Positions 28,300 to 40,766 of a stretch of 64,000 bases of DNA are shown one piece after another. The notes beneath the pieces are model-generated. The model was given only the letters and a program-made list of their open reading frames with translations. It was not told where the DNA came from and made no database searches. Numbering within the stretch: the first letter of the stretch is position 1; the number at the start of each line of letters is the position of its first letter. Position numbers and translations under genes: made by a program. Origin of the DNA: Octopus sinensis (taxonomy: Eukaryota); contig NC_043006.1 of the NCBI RefSeq assembly GCF_006345805.1, positions 992,001-1,056,000 on the forward strand, read 5' to 3'.

Positions 28300-29831
28300 G
28301 CATATATACATATATGTACAAACTTATATATATATGTCTATACATATGCATATATGGGTACAGTACGTTATAAAACGTAAACAACATGAACAACACGAAC
28401 ATTTTTGCGAACAACGAAAGAAAAAAATAGAAAACAAGACAAGTAACATAAAGAACGACCCCTCATCAGTTCTCGACTGTTTATCTACTCCACATTTCGA
28501 GCAATTATGACAAGATGTCTTCCAGAAAGCAGTTGCTCCCGCAAAGCAAATTAAAATCGCTATTAATATTTCAGCTAAACTGTGCATCCGTTCCTTTATT
28601 AATGTTAGAGAGAATAAAAGAAGCAATAATATTCATTCGGGATCGACTCCACAGTTTACCAATCATTTATACCTCGCTGTAAATATAAGAAATCAATATC
28701 ATACTTTCGGCCCTCGAAGACTGAATCTTTGGGACTTTTTTCCCTTTTGAGCTATGGACGATGAAATATTAGGAAGGTTGGTGTCCATGACATTTTATAC
28801 GGCATCGGAGAGTGATGGGAAAGAAGGGAGAAAGTATCCTTCATCTGATGACGTGGCGCGAGTGCTTCCAACAAAGCGGACACCACCAAACACATTCAAA
28901 TGACCGGGTGGAAGTGTAAAACCTGGCGACAGATTATATCTACCCACCATGGAAGCAACGGTGGGATTTGAACTTAGGGCACAAAGAACCAGAATAAATA
29001 CCGAAAGATATTTGGAATGATATTCTTGCAGTTTAGCCTTAAATCGGTATTCTATTGATTGCGATATGACGAAGAGTTTCAGGTAACACCTGAAGAATCA
29101 GATCTGAGACCGCAGGTAGATTCAGAACAAAGAGCTAAGCGTTACATCCGACGCTCTCATGACTCTCGTTGCACTTTCATAAGGAATCGATGGTTTTTGC
29201 TAATTACAGGTATGTTTCTGTTAAACATGACACTAAAAGATCTGCATATTGAAGATAATAATCTATTCCAGACAAACATGAATCTAAAATTCCAATATTT
29301 CATCAACTTGTTTCTCTCAACTCTGTATTCCGTATCATAGGTCATAGAGGTTTCGGAAGCACTTTATATTTTATCATAAATTTATACCAAATGAATTATA
29401 ACAGATATAAGATGTTAATCCATTAAGCGTGAATCATAATTTGCAATTAGCGGCATTCATAGCGAGGATATATAGCCTCAAGTAAAAAAAAAAAAAATTT
29501 AACTACAATTCTATAACTCAATGTAAAATTTGGTATTTAGTTAACAAATCAGTTTTTGCGATTGATGTCGCGTCGCTGGAAATAATTAGTTGCTGCATTC
29601 TATATAAACTGCGTTCTGCAACAAAATATTTTTCTAGTCATCTTCTGTAGGATGATCGTCTGTCGATCTCCGAGAGTTATAAATTAGGTTCGTGACATAG
29701 TGATTGATGGCGGCTGTCAACAAGTCTCAGCTGTTTCTTAGGCATGAACCATGTCTACAGATTTTTCAGAAATGATTACATTGGAATAGATTTCTCCTGA
29801 TTCTTCTGTTGGAAATCAAAAGTAAGTATAT

Positions 29832-30032
29832 ATTGGTTTCGAGCAATTCTGAGAGAGTGGGGCAAGTCAATAACGTCGACTCCAGTGCTGAACTGGTAAG
29901 AATTTTATCCATCCCGAGAAAAGATAAGGCAAATTCAATCTGGGCGGAATACGAACTCAGAAAGTAAAGACGGACGAAATGCCGCCGAGCATTTTCCCAA
30001 TAATGCTAACAATTCTGCCAGCTGGCTGCCTT
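29832..30032 (-). mobile_element. SINE family B, diverged
   Basis: GAACTCAGAAAGTAAAGACGGACGAAATGCC…TTCTGCCAGCTGGCTGCCTT. Confidence 0.8.
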
Positions 30033-30110
30033 AAAGTAGATATATATTAATGTCATCAAATACAATAGACATCATGTTCTTATTACTGCTATCTAGATCT
30101 CATAAATAAT

Positions 30111-30509
30111 TATTTCTTTATTGTCCACAGGGGCTAAAAATAGAGGGGACAAACAAGGGTTTAAGTCGATTACATTGACCCTGTGAGTAACTGCTATTTA
30201 TTTAATCGACCCCGAACGGATGAAAGGCAAATTCAACCTCGGCGGAATTTGAACTCAGAACGTAACGGCAGACGAAATACCTATTTCGTTACTACCCACA
30301 AGGGGCTAAACACAGAGAGGACAAAGAAGGAGAGACAAACGGATTATGTCGATTTATATCGACCCCAGTGTGTAACTGGTACTTATTTAATCGACCCCTA
30401 AAGGATGAAAGGTAAAGTCGACCTCGGCGAAATTTGAACTCATAACGGCAGACGAAATACCGCTAAGTATTTCGCCCGGTGTGCTAACGACTCTGCCAGC
30501 TCACTGCCC
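30111..30509 (-). mobile_element. SINE family B host copy interrupted by a second, 5'-truncated B copy (30282-30442)
   Basis: Tail and core occur twice. The 19-bp direct repeat TAACGGCAGACGAAATACC is at 30263-30281 and 30443-30461. Confidence 0.88.
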
Positions 30510-30795
30510 TGAAATCTCGTAAATAATAGAATATGGAGCTATCTTTCTTTCATGCTAACTCTATACAATCCCGTAGACTACACATGTGAGAGTTGTTAAG
30601 CCATAGAAATGTAGGTGTTGAACAAGGACGATGGCGCTAGCGGATATTATATATTACGCTGCATTTTAAGACCAACTTTCTGGCAGTAATTTACAATGGT
30701 GACAGTGAGAAAGGATTGACATAGAGTTAGTCAGACCATTCGCATGGATGATGGCCAAAGTATTCGTCTAGATTACCTTAATCCCTACTGTGTTA

Positions 30796-30836
<41 letters not shown>

Positions 30837-30845
<9 letters not shown>

Positions 30846-31083
30846 AATAGTAAAAAGTGAAAAAACTACAGAAGGCTTAAATGTTAAAAAATATATATTT
30901 GCGTCAATATGTCTGAAGAATATTACAAAAATTTTTTATTACAAAAATTCTTCTTATTACAAATATTCTTCAGACATATTGACGCAAATATATATTTTTT
31001 AACATTTAAGCCTTCTGTAGTTTTTTCACTTTTTACTATTTTCTATATACTCAACCACGTGCTTTCACAAACCAACTTTCTTA

Positions 31084-31122
<39 letters not shown>

Positions 31123-31376
31123 TATATATATATAGAAAATAGTAAAAAGTGAAAAAACTACAGAAGGCTTAAATGTTAAAAAATATATATTTGCGTCAAT
31201 ATGTCTGAAGAATATTACAAAAATTTTTTATTACAAAAATTCTTCTTTATTACAAATATTCTTCAGACATATTGACGCAAATATATATTTTTTAACATTT
31301 AAGCCTTCTGTAGTTTTTTCACTTTTTACTATTTTCTATATACTCAACCACGTGCTTTCACAAACCAACTTTCTTA

Positions 31377-31380
<4 letters not shown>
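30837..31380. repeat. Tandem duplication (~292-bp period) of a foldback unit with 88-bp perfect inverted arms
   Basis: Arms 30837-30924 and 30962-31049. The unit repeats from 31133 with one extra T in the loop; (TA)n at the junctions. Confidence 0.95.
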
Positions 31381-31442
<62 letters not shown>

Positions 31443-34400
31443 TAAATGATACATACATACACACATACCTCTTTAGAGAAATTTTGCTCCCTGAATACTT
31501 CATATTACAATACAATCATACTTGTTTATTATTATTATTTTTTGATAAGTTCAATCTCTTTCAATTGAAGCATATTTTAGTTAAGATGGAAATATTTTCG
31601 AGCTAATGCATTATTTACCTTCATAATCTATCTACATATAATAATTTCTAATATAAATGCTGGCAAGTTGTTTGATTTCTCCTGTCAAGCTTTCGATCTT
31701 TTTGGGGAGTGGCGGAAATCGTTTGAAGGACAGAGACACAAACATTTAATACAAAATGTGCAGGACGAGCGCAGACGTTAATTCTTGATGACAAGAAATG
31801 AGTAAAAGAAACTTACACAAACATATACACACAGTGAGAAAGAAAGGGTCATGGAGACAGAAAGGAGGAGGAGGAGGAGAAGGGGGAGGTGGCATAGAAA
31901 ATGATAGATGTAATAATGAGAAATTTGTATCATTTTATTTTATTTTATAAATAGTTTTCTTTTGAAAATTAGTCTCCATTTTACCATTTTGTATAAGCAC
32001 CAAAAAAATCGATCGGAGTTAAATAATAATTTTTGCCTGAATGCCATATTTTTGGATATTAACAATGGTGAGGAAAGTATAGTTCCACCATTACCAGACA
32101 TATGACGGGTAACTCTATCAATATATCAACATAGCAAAGAATGTTCCCATATTAATATTTATATTTTTTACTTGTTATTGCTATTTCTAATGGTTTAATC
32201 ATAAGAGTAAGGGCAACACTTTTACTAGCTCTGCGGGTTAGCGGGAGAAATCTAGGAAGTTATCTTGCGACCAGAAACCGGCCCTGAATGCTTGCAACGA
32301 AGTTAGGCTCTGCTAAAGGTATTCAGTGGCCCGGTGTTTTGTAAAGCCGATCGCCAGAATAAATCTACGAATCAAGAACAAGAAATGGTTTCCTGTACAA
32401 ACGACCAAATTTTATTCGCAAGTCTTTGATTCACTGGACGTTGTAATAAAAAAACAAATAAAGAATAATAATTTTCTAAGTTGTGGAAACGGCGAATGTT
32501 GCAAACTTTTTAAGTATACCGCCTGTTACCTAATATAACAAAACATAATAAACGAGGACAAATTGTGTCGTTACAATGTTGTTTCCTCGGGGATTGGATA
32601 CTCAAAGCTTTCAAAACCTCTTCAATTAATCGACGGATTGGGAGATTAACATTTGCAATGCAATTTACCGATGTGGAAGAACACAAATTATATTCTAACA
32701 TCAGAAGTTGGAAGTCATTTATCTTTTTCTGTCAAATAAAAAATCCACGAATGTTTAGACACCAGCGGCAAATGAGTCTTACGTAGGTAGAGATGTATGG
32801 TCCACAATTTATTACGTGAATTTAATCAATTAAATTGCATAAAAAACCTAGATCTAATTGCAAGGCTGGCTTCGAATCATTTGTATGTGACTTAACAATG
32901 GGACCTCAGTTCAAATTCTTTTCGGTTCTATTGTCCAGTTTGATGGGAAGTCATAATGATTGTGCTGAAATAATCGTTTTTAATATGGAGGTTTTGGCTC
33001 TTGAGGTTTTGAATTGTACCTTTCCGGGAAGATATTTATTTACTGTTAGGCGGGAAGGAATGAGCCACTAAGAAATGTCTGGACAACCAAGACAGTGACC
33101 AGGTAGGAATTGCTGATTTATTTTGAAAACCAAAAATATCATAGGTTGAGTGATTCTGCACGTTGTGTTTCCATTAGTGGAGACGACATAATGAAATTTT
33201 TTCGTAAAAAATTATAGTGTGGTTTACAATGTGTTGCTTTTTAATTGAACTGAATTAATTTTTTTCGTTTTTTAAGTATCACCATTATAAGTATCTATAC
33301 TCCGGGGAAATAAAGAAATCAACTCGTAAATAAACGAAATCCTCAAATCCATCACTGTACACACTCACACACATACACACACACTCACACACACACACAT
33401 ACACACACATACACACACACATACATACAGACACACACAACACACACACACACACAGAGTCGCATATCTATGTATAGGTACACCATGATCTATTCTCACG
33501 CAGACGATGGCCGATTCATCCGAAAAAGAATGTGAACAAAATGAAATACTTATAGAAAATATTGCATAGAATTTGAGATGTGTTTCACCATTATAGGTAT
33601 GTATACTGCGGTGAAATTAAGAAATCAACTTGTAAATAAACGAAACCCTCGAACTTATCACTGAACACATATACATGCGCACACATACACGTACACACAC
33701 ACACACACACACACGCACACACACATGTACACACACGTACACACACGTACACACACACACGCAAGAGTCGCATATCTATATATGCATTAATGTATATTTG
33801 AGGATAGTCAAACCAAATTTTCACCATTTCGATCAATTCAACGAGTATTTCTTCCAGTGATGGTGAAAATCCGTTCAGCCGTTTTCCAGGAATTTTGCAA
33901 ACACAGACACACAGACAAACACGTGTGATTACAATACCCGACTTTCGTTTATGCGCGCAGGGTAAAAATCCCCAAACATACCGAAATATCCACAACCACC
34001 CTTACATATACGACTATATGTGTGTGTTTGAATGAGTGTGCATATGTGTCTGTATGTGTGTGTGCATGCATCTCTCTGTGTATAATAGAGTGTGCATGCT
34101 TGTGTGTGTGTGTTTGTGTATATGAGTATATGTGTGTATGTATCTAAATGACATAGTTAAGCGTCACTGTCGGATTGAAGAAATATATCGTTATTAACTG
34201 CTCTAAATCCTAACTGGAAATATTGAGAGGTGACTATACTCAATATATCTACGGTTTTTGGTTTTATCAATTGATTAGTTTTATTACAAGAATGTTCTAC
34301 ATTTAAAATATGTGACTGTGTGTGTGTGTGTGTGTACGTATATGTGTGCGTTTGTGTGTACGTGAGTGTGTGTGTGTGTGCATGTGTGTGTGTACAGTGA

Positions 34401-35113
34401 TAGATTCGAGGGTTTTGTTTTATTTACAAGTTGATTTCTTCATTTCACCGGAGTATAGATACCTTATAAGGACTAAATACTCTTTGACTCTAAAGTAATC
34501 AAAGAATTTCAGGTAGATTTCATTGGCATTATTGTTAGACAAGATGCGTTTTTCACGTCTTTACTTTTACTCCATTTTTTTCATTATTAATGCTAGCTAA
34601 GACTTATTGGACATAATGCCATGAATAGACATTGAAATTAATAACCCATTGATGTATACTGTTTCATTTCGTTGATAACCTTTTTTTTTCATATGAATAA
34701 CAATGTGTAGGCCAAAGTATTAAATTCCTTCTGTCCGCATTCTATTTTGAAATTCCTTGGCTTTTCACGGTGTATCTTATTATACGACAGTATCTCGGAA
34801 TTCAGTAGCAGTATCGCTTTAATTCATTACTAAAAGCCATCCAATAAGCAAACTTTTCACCTTCCATTCAGCAAACCAATTCATTCCTACATTATTGAGT
34901 TATTTGTACTTGCTAATTGAGCAATCAATCATTAGAGCGCTCCGATGATGCTTCTGTGTATTTAGTGAGGAAATGAATTAGTGTAAACATGAGAACTGCT
35001 GATTAAAAAACCTTACGGTTTTATTCTCAAGTCTGGTTTCAAATCTCTTTCCGCGCCGTTATATCTTTCAATTATGCATTTTCAATATGAGTTACTAAAA
35101 ACATTTGACAATC

Positions 35114-35297
35114 ATTATTTACATTATTTACATTATTTACATTATTTACATTCGACAGATATTTGTCCTCATCTTGTTTGTTAACAGAACGTTTCAGCTG
35201 ATATACCCTCCAGACTTTATCAGGTGTCTTGGGGAAATTTCGAACCTGGGTTCTCATTCCTAATGTATTTTTCGATGTTGTTGTTGTTGTTGTTGTG

Positions 35298-35348
<51 letters not shown>
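35114..35348 (-). mobile_element. SINE family C partial (tail plus trinucleotide spacer), inverted against the adjacent full copy
   Basis: Reverse complement reads (AAT/AAC)n CATCGAAAAATACATTAGGAATGAGAACCCAGGTTCGAAATTTCCCCAAGACACCTGATAAAGTCTGG…GAAACGTT…(AATGTAAAT)n. Confidence 0.88.
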
Positions 35349-35350
<2 letters not shown>

Positions 35351-35417
35351 TATGGTGTAGTGGTTAAGAGTGCAGGCTACTAACCCCAAGATTCCGAGTT
35401 CGATTCCAGACAGGGAT

Positions 35418-35420
<3 letters not shown>
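35349..35420 (+). mobile_element. SINE family C tRNA-like head (its tail is at 37104-37289)
   Basis: A box TGGTGTAGTGG (35353-35363), B box GAGTTCGATTCC (35396-35407), then (AAT)n. Same head as 61129-61209 on the minus strand. Confidence 0.85.
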
Positions 35421-35488
<68 letters not shown>

Positions 35489-35492
35489 TAAT

Positions 35493-37066
35493 GGATCTTG
35501 AGATCGCTGGACATCTTCAAAATTTCCCCTGTGATTTCAAACTTCCTGAAGCACAATAAGTCGTTGTGGAATACGAATCTCCAATTATACCACTCTAATG
35601 GAGTACTTGCCTCAGAAAATATAAACATCAACTGTGGAATTTTTCAAGGTGACTCACTTTCACCTTTAATATTCTGCATAGCCCTAATACCCCTTACAAG
35701 TGAATTAAACAGAACAGGGTATGGGTATAAAATTGCCAATAAAAAATAAGCCATCTATTTTATATGGATGACTTAAAACTTTATGGTAAGACAATAATGA
35801 ACTTGAAGGCCTATTGCGCACTTTGAAAGCATTCAGCGATGACATCGGGATGGAGTTTGGACTTGAGAAGTGTGCCAAGGCCACTTTCCAGAAAGGGAAA
35901 GTGAAGACCACAAATTCAGTCGTGTTAGATGTTGACACAGTCATAAGAGAGCTTGAGCAAGAACAAACATACAAATATTTAGGGATAAATGAAGGCTCTG
36001 GTTTCAGCATGCAAGCATGAAAGAGAAAATCAGGAAGGAATGTTATAGGAGAGTTCGTGCAGTCTTGAAATCTGAACTAAATGCACGTAACAAGGTGTTA
36101 GCTATAAATTCCCTAGCAGTTCCAGTTGTTACTTATAGCTACAATGTGTTGAACTGGAATATGAGTGAAGTAAAGAATATAGATAGAAAAATACGCAAGC
36201 TGCTGAGTTGTAATAGGATGCACCACCCAAAGGCAGACGTAGATCGCCTTTACCTTCCCAGAGCCCAAGGAGGTCGAGGCCTGATCCAATTTGAACTAGC
36301 TTACAAAACAACCACAATTGGACTGGCCAAATATCTCGAAATATCGAATGACTGGATGCTAAAGCTCGTGGAAAATCACGAGAGACGAAAGAAGCTTCAT
36401 TCTATCATCAAGGAAAGCAAAAAGATTTGCTATTGATCTCGTGCAGGATACCCAAACTGAACAACCCGAGGGAAGTACGGCAACTATTGCTGCAAAGAAG
36501 GTGAAAATGATGGCAATGAAAAAAGCGCATGAGCAATTGGCTGATAGGTGGGAGGAGAAACCTCTGCACGGGAAATATGTGACCCGCAGCAAACAAGCTG
36601 ATGTTGACCAGAAGCAAACCCATCAGTGGCTGCGGAGCTCAGGGCTAAAAGCAGAGAGCGAAGGTTTCATCCTGGCTGCTCAAGACCAAAGCCTATCAAC
36701 CCGGAACTACCAGGCCAATGTGATGAAAAATGGAGCAGACCCAAAATGCCGATTCTGCAACGACATGATTGAAACAGTGGACCACCAGGGATCAATTATA
36801 TGAGAATGATCCCTGGCTTACCATCCCTGCAAGAAGTGCAAAAGATTGTCTTAACTGGTACATCACACGTATTGAGAAGAGCATTGTCGATGTGAGAACT
36901 GTTGCTGCTCATGCATTTTAATTTAACTTAAAAAAAAAAAAAAAAAATGAACGAACTACTGAGTTTGGTTTAATGGCCTACCAATATACACTGAGTTTCT
37001 TTGCCCTAGGAGTCGGGAAGACACTCGGCAAGAAATGGAAGAAAATTTGAAAGAAGAAAAAAAAAA
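35493..37066 (+). mobile_element. Dong/R4-like LINE with RT domain, internally deleted, inserted in (AAT)n
   Basis: GIFQGDSLSPL, HLFYMDDLKL, FGLEKCAK, HHPKADVDRLYLPRAQGGRGL, CRFCN…ETVDH, then a jump to C-terminal IPGLPSLQEVQKIVLTGTSHVLRRALS*. (AAT)n on both flanks. Confidence 0.93.
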
Positions 37067-37103
37067 GTAATAATAATGATAATAACAATAATAATAATAA
37101 TAC

Positions 37104-37289
37104 CATCGAAATGGAATGAGAACCCAGGTTCGAAATTTAGCCAAGACACCTGATGAAGACTGGAGGTTATATCAGCCGAAACGTTTTGTTAACAATAAAC
37201 AAGATGAGGACAAATATCCGTCAAATGTAAATAATATAACTAATGTAAATAATGTACATAATTCCTCATCTCTGAACTATAGAACTGTA
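37104..37289 (+). mobile_element. SINE family C tail
   Basis: GGAATGAGAACCCAGGTTCG…GACACCTGATGAAGACTGG…CAGCCGAAACGTT…CATAATTCCTCATCTC…AGAACTGTA. Confidence 0.9.
37145..37190 (+). ncRNA. Degenerate minimal hammerhead ribozyme motif in the family C tail
   Basis: CUGAUGA core, stem II GACUG/CAGCC (one mismatch), GAAACGUU; stem I imperfect. Confidence 0.5.
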
Positions 37290-37879
37290 TTAGGTATTTA
37301 TTGGTCAGTATGGACCAATAAATCAATGAAAGAAGCACTTCGATATAAATATATATATTTGGTCTTCGGGGTAAAACAGGGGTTAGAAAAGAGTATTTTA
37401 CGATTTTGAGTGAGTCATTATTGTTTGCTTGATAACACCAAACAACAACAATAATTCACGGGCACTTCGAGATGGATCTGACTCGACGGTGGTTTTCAGT
37501 TCGTCATTATCCACCATTGTTTCTGGTCGACCGCGTTGCTCATTTGTGAGGTCAAAGTTATCAGAACAAAATTTTGCAGACCAATTTGATACTGTCTGCT
37601 GTATAATAACATTAGAATGAAATACTCCATTAATATTCCGAGCTGTCTATGATGTTGTATTTCCAAAAAAGAATTTATATTTCAAAAATGTAGGAATTTT
37701 CGACAAAAAACGATTTATATATACATACTTTATAAAGCGCAAAATTAGCTAGAATAAGGAAATAGATGTGTCAGCTTTCTAACAAAAATAAACATTGTCA
37801 AAATATAATAACGGTGTAAAATGAGCAGCTGTCAAAGTTTACCATATGCCTTACTACAAATTTCATACCTGACGACCTA

Positions 37880-37914
<35 letters not shown>

Positions 37915-38019
37915 ATAATATATGTCAGGGTATATAAATATATTTATAGAAATGTTTATTACCAGTGGCCTAGCGTGAAGACAAATTAGACAATAGACTA
38001 TATATTATTCATATAAATA

Positions 38020-38250
38020 CAGTGTGCATTTAAACACATACGAGGTCACCGCCATAGAATTCCTGGCAGGATAGAAGGAACAGCCAAAGTCCAAACCGCT
38101 ATTAGGGACAACACTTCGAAGATAAATGGTAAATGTTATTATTCATTCCTTTCGAAGTTTTATCTCTAATAGTGGTTTGGATTTGGCTGTTCCTTCTAGC
38201 GTGCCAGGAATCCTATGGCGAATACCTCTTATGTGTTTAAATGTACACTG
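38020..38250. mobile_element. Tc1/mariner-type MITE (near-complete foldback)
   Basis: TA|CAGTGTGCATTTAAACAC … GTGTTTAAATGTACACTG|TA; ~100-bp inverted arms (38020-38120, 38151-38250). Confidence 0.85.
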
Positions 38251-38303
38251 TATTTATATATATATACGTACATACATACAAATATATATAGATAGATAGA
38301 TAA

Positions 38304-38374
<71 letters not shown>

Positions 38375-38390
38375 TGTATGTATATCTAGT

Positions 38391-38686
38391 GGAGGCGCAT
38401 GGCCTAGTGGTTAGAGCAGCGGTCGAGGGATCGCGGGTTCGAATCTCACACCGGGTGATGTGTATGTTTATGAGCGAAAACACCTAAGCTCTACGCGGCT
38501 CCGGCAGAAGGTCATGGCGAACTTCTGCTGACTCTTTCACCACAACTTTCTCTCACTCTTTCCTCCTGCATCTTGCAGCTCACCTGCGACGGACCGGCGT
38601 CCTGTCCAGGTGGGGAACCTATACGCCAAGAAACCGGGAAACTGGCCCTTATGAGCCAGGCATGGCCCGAGAAGGAACAAACAAAA
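38391..38686 (+). mobile_element. tRNA-derived SINE with V-domain-like segment
   Basis: TGGCCTAGTGG and GGTTCGAATC boxes; CCTGCGACGGACCGGCGTCCTGTCCAGG resembles the V-SINE central domain. Confidence 0.8.
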
Positions 38687-39265
38687 TGTATATCTGTAAG
38701 TATTTATGAATGCGCGCGTGATGGTACGTCTATCACTCTTTGTTTTTGACACACGCACGTACACTTACACACATACAAGCACACACACACACGCACACGC
38801 ACACACACACACACACACACACGCACGCACGCACGCACGCACAAATATATGCTGATAAATCTATTCTAAAGAAAAAAATGTGCTCAATACATTTTATAGA
38901 GTTTGTTCGTTTCTTCAAAACTGAAGCTTCGATTATTTTTTCCTCAGAGTTTCCTGTTTCTCACGTCTTGAGAAACTAGAGACTCGCGATATGTTAAACC
39001 ATCTCAGTAAATATCTCCACGCTAGCGTTAGAATACATATATATACTAAAATGTGCAAAATAAAAGATCGATCAGGCAGGAGGACACAGAGATTTTGACA
39101 TTTAAAGAAGGGTTCTTCAAAAGAGAAGTGGACTGATAGAGGAGACTAATCATGCCTAAATTCACGAGACATTTAAGCATGCATTTGGTTAAAAGAGCAC
39201 CGAGGCATACAAAAAACACACACGCATGCGCACACACACATATACAGAAGCAAGGATTATATATA

Positions 39266-39308
<43 letters not shown>

Positions 39309-39446
39309 GTGTATACGTGAACATATGAGTATGTGAACAGACGGAAAACATTAGCACTCTATACATTTGGTTGGAGTTACATGTATTTAATAACGATTCG
39401 ATTCAGCTCTGCATTACCTGAAGTTTCGTGCACATAAACGGTGATA

Positions 39447-39766
39447 TGAGCAGGTGTGATTGTGTAGTAAGAGGTTTTCCTCCCAGTCACATGGTTCTGT
39501 GTTCAGTCCCACCGCATGGCATTTTGGGCAAATGCCTTCTACTATGGCTAAGGGCCGGACAAAGTCTTATGTATGGGCTTCGGTAGACAGAAACAGAAAG
39601 AAAACACTCGTGTGTGTGTGTGTAGTGAGAAGCTTGCTTCCCAACTACATAGCCCCGGGTTCAGCTCCACTGCATTTCCCCTGGTGCAAATGTCTTCTAC
39701 TATAGCCACGGGCCGACGAAAGCCTTGTGAGTTGATTTCTTAGTCGGAAACTGAAAAGCAGCCCGT

Positions 39767-39818
<52 letters not shown>

Positions 39819-39924
39819 ATATATATATATATATAATATATGTATATATATATATATATACATATACACACTCACATACACGGAAACTGAAGAGAAGCCT
39901 ATCGTATATATAAAATATATATAT

Positions 39925-39984
<60 letters not shown>

Positions 39985-40026
39985 CTATATATATATAATA
40001 TATATATACATAAACACACTTTCACG

Positions 40027-40061
<35 letters not shown>

Positions 40062-40245
40062 TTGTGTGTCTGTGCTTGTTCCCCCCATCATTGCCTGACA
40101 AGTGATGTTGGCGTGTTTACGCACGCGTAACTTAGCGGTTCAGCAAAACAGACTGATAGAATATGTACTAGGCTTACAAAGAATAAGTCTTGCGGTGGAT
40201 TTGTTCAATTAAAGGCGGTGCTCCATCAAGGCCACATTCAAAATG
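39447..40245 (+). mobile_element. Composite SINE family A (two heads, long (TA)n, one tail)
   Basis: Heads at ~39447 and ~39620; tail at 40060-40245. Confidence 0.8.
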
Positions 40246-40284
40246 ACAACAACAGCAGCAGCAACAACAACAACAACAATAACG

Positions 40285-40455
40285 AATAATACCTTAGGAG
40301 TGAGATCGCAGGTTCGAAATTTCCCCAAGACACCTGATGAAGGCTGGAGGGTACATCAGGTGAAACGTAGTGTTAACAACAAACAAAATGAGGACAAATA
40401 TCCGTCAAATGTAAATAATGTACATAATTCCTCATCTCTTAAATATGGAACTGTA
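40285..40455 (+). mobile_element. SINE family C tail without head
   Basis: AATACCTTAGGAGTGAG…GACACCTGATGAAGGCTGG…GAAACGTAGTGTT…GGAACTGTA, preceded by (ACA)n. Confidence 0.88.
40329..40374 (+). ncRNA. Minimal hammerhead ribozyme motif (family C)
   Basis: Stem I GACAC/GUGUU, CUGAUGA, stem II GGCUG/CAGGU (degenerate), GAA-ACGU-A with palindromic stem III. Confidence 0.55.
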
Positions 40456-40707
40456 TTATCTATCTATCTATTTGATTTTTACTTCCCTCTATCACTCTCT
40501 GTTTTGTTATCGATTTGTGTATCTTTTATCTTCCTTATAAACCATCGAAATGTCTGTTCTATATCACATTCTTCTTTTTACTTATTTATTCCTTCTCTTT
40601 CAAACTTTTCTTGGTTCATGTACTAAGATATTCATGCAATGTATGTGTATGTGTATGCAAGTATAGCCCCGCTCCACGCACATGACATATAAGCAATATA
40701 TATATAT

Positions 40708-40751
<44 letters not shown>

Positions 40752-40766
40752 ATCTATATATGTATA

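Noticed and set aside
28455-28505. Permuted hammerhead on the minus strand (CTCGAAATGTG…CTGATGAGGG)
   Set aside because: The would-be cleavage base is G and stem I does not form.
35114-35152. CRISPR-like or regularly spaced repeats such as (ATTATTTAC)n
   Set aside because: Direct tandem units without spacers, part of the family C tail; eukaryotic context with no cas genes.
35349-35420. tRNA gene calls for A/B-box sequences (also 38391, 58037, 61129 and the family A/B heads)
   Set aside because: No complete cloverleaf or acceptor stem, and each continues into a repeat body, so these are SINE heads.
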